A stretch of 64,000 bases of DNA from Elusimicrobiota bacterium (lineage in GTDB: Bacteria > Elusimicrobiota > Elusimicrobia > Elusimicrobiales > UBA9959): the NCBI GenBank assembly GCA_012517235.1, contig JAAYVI010000017.1, positions 540 through 64,539 of the forward strand. The letters are read 5' to 3'. The notes under the pieces are model-generated. The model had not been told where the DNA came from. It was given only the letters and a program-made list of their open reading frames with translations, and ran no database searches. This document shows, piece by piece, positions 57,534 to 64,000 of the stretch (position 1 is its first letter; every line of letters starts with the position of its first letter). The position numbers were made by a program, and so were the translations under genes.

Positions 57534-57636
57534 ATTTATTCTCCGAAAGTTAAACTTAATTATATTTTATAAAAATATAGGTTAATCTTACCGAAATAAT
57601 TCGTAATTCGGAATATGGTTAAAAAAACAATATCAT

Positions 57637-59532
57637 TTAAAACATCCAATCCGGCATAGCGGATATCTTTATATCTTTACCCAACTCCAAAGAAGATAAA
57701 AATAAAGCCATTTCAGCGGAGTCTTTTTTTATCTTAAATCTGCAGTCATACCATGAAATACCTTGAGAAGTATCGGTTTTTAATGTTTCTTCGGGCCTAT
57801 AATCGATTACTTTAAGTTCGGAAATCTTTTTTTCGTCGAAAATAGACACAAAATCATTTGCCGCTTTTTTAAGTTTTTGAGCGGATTTTGACGATAATCT
57901 TATCGTCAAAAGATCGCAAAAAGGAGGATAATTAAAAAATTTTCTATCCTCAAGCTCTTTCTCTATAAAAGATCTCAAATTAAAACCGAAAGAAAAAACC
58001 GGATTTTCCGGTTCGTAGGTTTCTATAAACAAAAATCCTTCTTTGGAAACGAGACGAGAAGCGGAAATAATTTTACTAAAAAGATTTTCGCTTTCTCTAA
58101 ATCCGGCGCTTCTTTCGGGATTTAAACCCAAAAGTACGGCCCCGCCGAATTTTTTTTCATATAATTCCGAACCCAAAATAAAAGAGGTTCCGACCAATAT
58201 GTCATAATCGCAGGAAAGAAAATCCGAATATGTTTTTTTCATGCCTTTAATCGACTTTTTAACCGAGTCCGAATCTACTCTTAGAATTTTTGCGAAAGGA
58301 AATTTTAAAATCAGCTCCTCGGATATTTTTTGACTGCCGTGACCGCCGGTTTTAAGTATTTGAGCTCCGCAGGAAGGACATTCCAAAGAATAGTCCGTTT
58401 TTTCGAGACATGAAGGACATCTGTAAAAATAACCGCCGTTCTCTCCGAAAAGCCTTAAATTTCTTTTGCACTTAGCGCATTTTGCCGTCCACTTGCATAT
58501 CGGACAAAATGTTTTAAATCCGACGCCTCTCGAAGGCGCAAGAAATAAAACTTTTTCTCCTTTTGAGAGCGCTTTTTCTGTTTCGGCCAAAGATTTTTCG
58601 GATATTACGGAATAATTTTCTCCGGCTTTAATAATCGCAGGAGAATATGCCGGCTCGGTTTTATCTGCGGCCGATAAGTTTTTTATTTCGGTTTCTTTAG
58701 GCAAATCTAATCCAAATGAGCATGAGAAAAAAGAAGTTTTATAAGAAAAGTCCGCGGTCATACGCATTATTATATCTCGTGTTTGGTAAAAAGGCCTTTG
58801 TTCAAATTGACGGTAAAAATCGCTTTCGCAATTTAAAACCGAAATAATAGTGCCTTTGGGATAAGGTAAAAAAACAGCCGCTTTGGTTCCTATAACATAT
58901 TTTACTTTACCCGATAGGATAGACGCGAATATCTCTTTTTTTGACGATTTTGAGATAGAACCGTGATAAAAAGCGCATTGAGAATCCTCGAGAATGGGGG
59001 AAATCTTTTTATAAACCGCCAAAGCGCTAAGATAATCGGGACATAAGAAAAAAGCGGGAGTTTGTGTTTCTTTTATCGTAAAAACGGCTTCTCTTAGGGG
59101 AAAATCTTCTTTAAAAAAAAGGCTTTCTCCCGGATTTTGAGTAAAAAAAGGTTGTATAAAATTATTATTCTCTTTTAAATTTTCAGAAAAACTACTACCG
59201 GGTTCTCTATGAGAGTTTTCATAAAAAAGTCCGTAATACATTCCTTCCGGGAAATACCATTTAAGAGAGCAGTAACGCACCGTCTTTTTTAAAGCTTCGA
59301 AATCATAAGCCAAGTTTTCAAAAACCAAACTTTTTATTTCTTTTATTTTATCAAAAGGTAATCCTTCCGGAAGATTATCGCATAAATCTATTACTATTCC
59401 TTTGGAAAATTTAGAAGGACCAAAAGGACATATTACTTCGGCTCCGGGTAATATCACGGCTTCCAAATGTTTGGGTATTTTATAATGAAAAGTTTTATAA
59501 AGAGGTATGGGGAAAGATATTTCGGCAAACAT
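57637..59532 (-). CDS. priA: Divergent primosomal protein N' (PriA-like)
   Basis: N-terminal 3'-binding domain (FHY.IP...G..V..PFG), four CxxC pairs, GSQKI.EEL...FP...RVDSD, ILVGT, YPPF. ATPase motifs are degenerate. Confidence 0.82.
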   Translation of the reverse strand: MFAEISFPIPLYKTFHYKIPKHLEAVILPGAEVICPFGPSKFSKGIVIDLCDNLPEGLPFDKIKEIKSLVFENLAYDFEALKKTVRYCSLKWYFPEGMYYGLFYENSHREPGSSFSENLKENNNFIQPFFTQNPGESLFFKEDFPLREAVFTIKETQTPAFFLCPDYLSALAVYKKISPILEDSQCAFYHGSISKSSKKEIFASILSGKVKYVIGTKAAVFLPYPKGTIISVLNCESDFYRQFEQRPFYQTRDIIMRMTADFSYKTSFFSCSFGLDLPKETEIKNLSAADKTEPAYSPAIIKAGENYSVISEKSLAETEKALSKGEKVLFLAPSRGVGFKTFCPICKWTAKCAKCKRNLRLFGENGGYFYRCPSCLEKTDYSLECPSCGAQILKTGGHGSQKISEELILKFPFAKILRVDSDSVKKSIKGMKKTYSDFLSCDYDILVGTSFILGSELYEKKFGGAVLLGLNPERSAGFRESENLFSKIISASRLVSKEGFLFIETYEPENPVFSFGFNLRSFIEKELEDRKFFNYPPFCDLLTIRLSSKSAQKLKKAANDFVSIFDEKKISELKVIDYRPEETLKTDTSQGISWYDCRFKIKKDSAEMALFLSSLELGKDIKISAMPDWMF

Positions 59533-60272
59533 TATTTAATGCCTAAAAAAGACATTACATCCTTCATATCCGACCATGTATCTTTTTTAAGGTTGGGATT
59601 TCTAAGCAAAGCGGCGGGATGATATGTGGGAAATATTTTAGGAAAACAATTAAAGGAAAAAAGCCCGTGAGGCACATCGTAGGATTTTCCTCTAAGCTGA
59701 CTTATCCCCTTTGTTTCGTTAAGCATAAATCTGCTCGGAACATTTCCCAATGTGACTATCGCTTTTGGGGAAATTATATTTATTTGATTCTCTAAATAGT
59801 TCCTGCATACCGATATTTCTGCCGGAGTTGGAGGTCTGTCGTTTCCTCTGCTTTCGGGATTCTCCGGATTTATCATAGGGTGGCATTTTACGATATTTGC
59901 TATATAAACTTTTTCTCTGGAAAGCCCCATTGCGGCCAGTATCTTATCCAAAAGCTGGCCGGCCCTTCCCACAAAAGGTCTGCCGCTATGATCTTCTTCG
60001 AAACCGGGCCCTTCGCCTATAAACATCAGCTGCGAATCAGGATCTCCTTCCCCGAATACCGCATTGAGCCTCGAAAGGCCTAACATGCATTTTCGGCAAT
60101 TATCTACGCAAGACTTAAGGATTTCAAGTTTTTCTTTCTTACTTTCGCAAGTTATCCGCTGTCGGGAAACGATTTTATCAACGGAACGATTATAAGGAAG
60201 AATAACATCTTCTTCCACCGAAGAAAGATAAAGAGAAAGCTCTTTTTTTATTTTTTTTATCTCATTCTTCAT
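59532..60272 (-). CDS. Family-4 uracil-DNA glycosylase (4Fe-4S)
   Basis: CRKC, GEGPG.EED..GRPFVG.AG, KCHP, HPAALLR. Confidence 0.93.
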   Translation of the reverse strand: MKNEIKKIKKELSLYLSSVEEDVILPYNRSVDKIVSRQRITCESKKEKLEILKSCVDNCRKCMLGLSRLNAVFGEGDPDSQLMFIGEGPGFEEDHSGRPFVGRAGQLLDKILAAMGLSREKVYIANIVKCHPMINPENPESRGNDRPPTPAEISVCRNYLENQINIISPKAIVTLGNVPSRFMLNETKGISQLRGKSYDVPHGLFSFNCFPKIFPTYHPAALLRNPNLKKDTWSDMKDVMSFLGIK

Positions 60273-60579
60273 CTTTTGATTTTTTGGTTTTCTTTTCCTT
60301 TTTTTCCGTTTTCTTTTCTACCGCTCTCTCGGTTTTTATCTCTTCGTCTCTTTTTACCGCTTTAATAATTTCTTCCCGAGTAACCTCTCCGGATAAAACT
60401 TCTTTTAAAGCTTTTTCTATTATATCCGCCATGGGCCATGTTCTGAATTCTTCGGAAAATTTAAGATGATTGGCCCATTGCATTGCCAAAACCGTAGCTT
60501 TATATTTTCCGCCTTTATAGTCGGAAATAAGCTTTTCCAAATTTAAGTTATCTTTAATTTCTTCTTTATTTTTAGTCAT
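60262..60579 (-). CDS. rpoZ: RNA polymerase omega subunit (divergent, Lys-rich C-tail)
   Basis: GKY.A.VLA and EKALKEV..G patterns; directly downstream of gmk. Confidence 0.7.
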   Translation of the reverse strand: MTKNKEEIKDNLNLEKLISDYKGGKYKATVLAMQWANHLKFSEEFRTWPMADIIEKALKEVLSGEVTREEIIKAVKRDEEIKTERAVEKKTEKKEKKTKKSKDEE

Positions 60580-60588
60580 TTATCCTCC

Positions 60589-61212
60589 TTAATTTTTCCC
60601 GTAAAAATCCGAAGCAAATTTTTTTACAAAGCCGGAATTCCTAAAAAGCTTTAATTTTTCCGCTTCTACTACGGCGCAAATATCTTCGGCCGCTTTTTTC
60701 AAATCTTCGTTTATTACCAAATAATCGTAAGAAAATGCTTCTTTAAGTTCTTTTTTCGCGGTTTTCATTCTTAATGAAATTTCCTCGGAATTCTCGCCTC
60801 TTTTCTCAAGTCTTTTCTTCATTATTTTTAATGAAGGGGGTAAAAGAAAAATAGAAACGGAATCCTTAAAAATCTTTTTAACGCTTTCTGCGCCTTTTAC
60901 GTCTATGGTCATAAGAGGTATCTTTCCTTTTTTAAGCAAAGATAGTACGGATTTCTTAGGCGTTCCGTATAATCTCCCATGAACTTGAGCCCACTCTATT
61001 AACGCCCTTTTTCTTATCAAAGAACGGAATTTACTTTCGCTTACAAAATAGTAGTCTCTGCCTTCTTTTTCTCCGGGCCTGGGGGCTCTGGTCGTACATG
61101 TTACGCTAAAAGCAAAACGCTTATCCGTTTTCAAAAGATAATTTTTTACGGCCGATTTTCCGCCCCCGGAGGGGGCGGAAATAACAACCGGAAAATATCT
61201 GAGCTTATTCAC
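60589..61212 (-). CDS. gmk: Guanylate kinase
   Basis: SAPSGGGKS, TTRAPRPGE.EGRDYYF, YGTP, FLLPPS. Confidence 0.97.
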   Translation of the reverse strand: MNKLRYFPVVISAPSGGGKSAVKNYLLKTDKRFAFSVTCTTRAPRPGEKEGRDYYFVSESKFRSLIRKRALIEWAQVHGRLYGTPKKSVLSLLKKGKIPLMTIDVKGAESVKKIFKDSVSIFLLPPSLKIMKKRLEKRGENSEEISLRMKTAKKELKEAFSYDYLVINEDLKKAAEDICAVVEAEKLKLFRNSGFVKKFASDFYGKN

Positions 61213-64000
61213 TATTTTTTTCTCGGATATTTAAGCTGAGATTGAGCCGCGGCCAAAATGGCTATCGGCACTCTGAAAGGAGAGCAGGAAACATAAGAAA
61301 GCCCAGCCTTATGACAAAATTCCACGCTCTTAGGCTCTCCGCCTTGTTCTCCGCATATTCCTATTTTAAGTTCCGGTCTGGTTTTTCTGCCTCTTTCGAC
61401 CGTAATTTTTATAAGCTCTCCCACTCCTTCCTGATCTATGCTTTGAAACGGGTCTTCCGGAAGTATATTCTTTTCGGTATATTCCTTAAGAAATACTCCG
61501 GCATCGTCTCTGGAATATCCGAAAGTCATCTGGGTAAGGTCGTTTGTTCCGAAAGAGAAAAACTGCATGGTTTCGGCTATTTTACCGGCCATAAGACAAG
61601 CTCTCGGTATCTCTATCATAGTTCCTACCACATATTTTAGAGACTTGACTCCGGTTTTTGCTACCGTCTCTTTGTAGGCTTTTTCTATTATAGGAAGCTG
61701 ATTTGCTATCTCTTTTTCATGAGACACGACCGGAATCATTATCTCGGGCATGGCTTTTACGCCTTCTTTTATAAGTTCCGCCGCGGCTTCATATATGGCT
61801 CTTGCCTGCATTTCGGTTATTTCCGGATAGGTGACTCCGAGCCTAACTCCTCTATGCCCCATCATAGGATTAGATTCTCTTAAAGAATCCGCTCTTGTCT
61901 GAAGCTCTTCGAAAGATATTCCAAGGCTTTCCGCCAATTCCTTAAGTTTATCGTGCTGATGAGGAACAAATTCGTGAAGAGGGGGATCTATCAGCCTTAT
62001 TGTTACCGGCAATCCCTGCATTATTCTTAGAGTTTCCTTTATATCCCTTTTCATATAAGGGAAAAGCTCGTTGAGGGCATTAACTCTTTCCTCTTTTGAT
62101 TTGGAAACTATCATTTTTCTAAGCTTAAACAAAGGTTCGTCCGAACCTTTTCCGTAAAACATATGCTCTATTCTGAAAAGACCTATTCCTTCCGCTCCGA
62201 ATTCTCTTGCTTTGGAGCTATCGGAAGGAGTATCGGCATTGGTTCTTACGCCCAATTTTCTAACCGCATTGCACATTTTTAGAAAATCCGCAAGCATTGT
62301 GTTTCCCGAACCGGCCTCAAGCATGTTTAGTTTGCCTTCGTAAACAAATCCTTTGGAGCCGTTAAGAGTTATCCAATCGCCTTCCCTAAAAACTTTTCCT
62401 GCGGTATGCAGTTCTTTCTTTTGAAGATCTATTTCCAAAGAAGAGCATCCGACTATGCAGCACTTACCCCATCCTCTTGCGACCAAAGCCGCATGGGAAG
62501 TCATTCCGCCTCTGGCTGTTAAAATGGCCTGAGCGGCTCTCATCCCTTCGACATCTTCAGGATTGGTTTCTTCTCTTACCAAAATTACGTTTTTGCCCTG
62601 TTTGGCCCATGCTACGGCGTCGGCAGCCGTGAAGACTATCATACCGTTAGCGCCTCCGGGACCGGCGGGTAAACCTTTTGCCAAAGGTTTTGCCGCGGCT
62701 TCCGCTTTGGGATCTACTATCGGGTGTAAAAGCTCGTCAAGCTGAGCGGGAGAAACTCTCATCACCGCTTCTTCCTTTTTTATAAGTTTTTCTTTTACCA
62801 TGTCCAGAGCCATTTTAACGGCGGAAACTCCGTTTCTCTTGCCGACTCTGCATTGCAGCATCCAAAGTCTGCCTTTTTCCACGGTAAATTCTATATCTAA
62901 CATGTCGCGGTAATGCTTTTCGAGCTTTCTTCTTATTTCGGAAAGCTGTTTATAAGCTTCCGGCATTAGTTCCTGCATGGTTTTAAGATTTCTCGAATGA
63001 TCGTTTTTGCTTTCTTCGTTTATGGGACTGGGAGTTCTTATACCGGCTACGACGTCTTCTCCCTGGGCGTTAATGAGAAATTCTCCGTAAAAATAATTTT
63101 CTCCGGTTCCGGGATTTCTGGTAAATCCTACTCCGGTTGCGGAATCGTCTCCCATATTGCCGAAGACCATAGTCTGTACGTTAACCGCCGTTCCCCATTC
63201 GTCCGGAATATTCTCTATTCTTCTATAGGATATGGCTCTTTTGCCGTTCCAAGAAGCAAATACCGCTCCTACCGCTCCCCAAAGCTGCTTCATCGGATCG
63301 TCCGGGAATTCTTTGCCGAGAACTTCTTTTACTTTTTCTTTGAATCTGGCAGCCAATTCCTGCATATCTTCGGCGGACAATTCCGCGTCGGTTTTAACTC
63401 CTCTTTGATGTTTTTTCTCTTCGAGCATTCTGTCCAATTGTTTTCTTATGCCCATATCGTCGGCCGGTTCTATTCCGGCGGCTTTTTCCATGACGACATC
63501 GGAATACATCATTATAAGTCTTCTATAAGAATCCCATACGAATCTCGGATTTTTGGTCAATTCTATGAGTCCGGGAATTGTTCTTGAAGTCAATCCTACG
63601 TTAAGTATGGTTTCCATCATACCAGGCATAGATTTTCTGGCTCCGGATCTGACCGAAACCAAAAGAGGATTTGACGGGTCTCCGAATTTTTTTCCGGTTA
63701 TTTGTTCGATTTTTTGAAGATTTTTTATTACTTCGGCTTCGAGCTGCTTTGGATAGCTCCTTTTATTCTGCCAATAATAAGTGCAAACTTCGGTTGTTAT
63801 GGTAAAACCGGGAGGCACCGGAAGTTTAAGGGCCGGATGTCCGGCCATTTCTGCCAAATTGGCGCCTTTTCCTCCGAGAAGATTTTTCATAGATTCTTTT
63901 CCTTCGGCTTTTCCTGCTCCGAAGAAATAAACTAATTTTTTAGAAAGCTTAGCTTTCTGAACTTTTTTTTCTGAAGATTTTTTTACCGCGGTTTTAGCCA
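61212..64000 (-). CDS. ppdK: Pyruvate phosphate dikinase (start probably at 64001, just off the window)
   Basis: LLGGKGANLAEM, SVRSGA, GMTSHAA, GTNDLTQ, GICGEQGG. The frame stays open upstream of 63890 (AKTAVKK...VYFFGAGKAEG) to the window edge. Confidence 0.97.
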   Translation of the reverse strand, partial: AKTAVKKSSEKKVQKAKLSKKLVYFFGAGKAEGKESMKNLLGGKGANLAEMAGHPALKLPVPPGFTITTEVCTYYWQNKRSYPKQLEAEVIKNLQKIEQITGKKFGDPSNPLLVSVRSGARKSMPGMMETILNVGLTSRTIPGLIELTKNPRFVWDSYRRLIMMYSDVVMEKAAGIEPADDMGIRKQLDRMLEEKKHQRGVKTDAELSAEDMQELAARFKEKVKEVLGKEFPDDPMKQLWGAVGAVFASWNGKRAISYRRIENIPDEWGTAVNVQTMVFGNMGDDSATGVGFTRNPGTGENYFYGEFLINAQGEDVVAGIRTPSPINEESKNDHSRNLKTMQELMPEAYKQLSEIRRKLEKHYRDMLDIEFTVEKGRLWMLQCRVGKRNGVSAVKMALDMVKEKLIKKEEAVMRVSPAQLDELLHPIVDPKAEAAAKPLAKGLPAGPGGANGMIVFTAADAVAWAKQGKNVILVREETNPEDVEGMRAAQAILTARGGMTSHAALVARGWGKCCIVGCSSLEIDLQKKELHTAGKVFREGDWITLNGSKGFVYEGKLNMLEAGSGNTMLADFLKMCNAVRKLGVRTNADTPSDSSKAREFGAEGIGLFRIEHMFYGKGSDEPLFKLRKMIVSKSKEERVNALNELFPYMKRDIKETLRIMQGLPVTIRLIDPPLHEFVPHQHDKLKELAESLGISFEELQTRADSLRESNPMMGHRGVRLGVTYPEITEMQARAIYEAAAELIKEGVKAMPEIMIPVVSHEKEIANQLPIIEKAYKETVAKTGVKSLKYVVGTMIEIPRACLMAGKIAETMQFFSFGTNDLTQMTFGYSRDDAGVFLKEYTEKNILPEDPFQSIDQEGVGELIKITVERGRKTRPELKIGICGEQGGEPKSVEFCHKAGLSYVSCSPFRVPIAILAAAQSQLKYPRKK

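Noticed and set aside
57594-57612. TAATTCG direct repeat and weak CCGAA...TTCGG hairpin upstream of tyrS as a T-box or attenuator
   Set aside because: The gap is only about 100 bp, has no T-box consensus or terminator, and the feature lies upstream of the likely -10.
1-64000. Alternative genetic code, programmed frameshifts or phase-variable homopolymers
   Set aside because: Recognisable genes are continuous under the standard bacterial code with TAA, TAG and TGA all used as stops. A/T runs are in frame and expected for Lys/Phe-rich AT-rich genes.

Overview
A compact, AT-rich stretch of core chromosome from a diderm bacterium, judging by an Omp85 barrel, gmhA and an mDAP-type MurE. The gene style suggests Elusimicrobiota, but that is an impression, not a computed result. 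In order: the minus-strand rpsB-tsf-pyrH-(gmhA)-frr-uppS-cdsA-dxr-rseP-ispG-proS cluster; nadE plus an Omp85-family gene; recO-glyQ-glyS; an epimerase and class II photolyase; rpmH-rnpA-yidD-yidC-jag-mnmE-mnmG-rsmG without the usual dnaA or parAB neighbours; a dcw cluster from mraZ to murG; a mixed block (Ldh_2 dehydrogenase, secreted serine protease, nitroreductase, Crp-hisS-aspS-lipA-radical SAM, HD protein, MFS, asnS); tRNA-Ala(CGC); tyrS-FecR-thpR-mltG; and ppdK-gmk-rpoZ-udg-priA. I saw no mobile element, prophage, CRISPR array, frameshifted gene or recoding, and I cannot claim a clearly new multi-gene system. The best leads are: an unannotated 51-aa ORF with a near-perfect SD inside the dcw operon; two related intergenic octamer arrays that are C-rich on the transcribed strand; a PriA with degenerate ATPase motifs; apparently leaderless genes driven by symmetric AT-rich -10 elements; a 24-bp-periodic box array upstream of the secreted protease; and a Crp-family regulator with an atypical recognition helix heading hisS-aspS-lipA-radical SAM. 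Start codons were re-chosen by eye from SD and overlap context where the ORF track over-extends.
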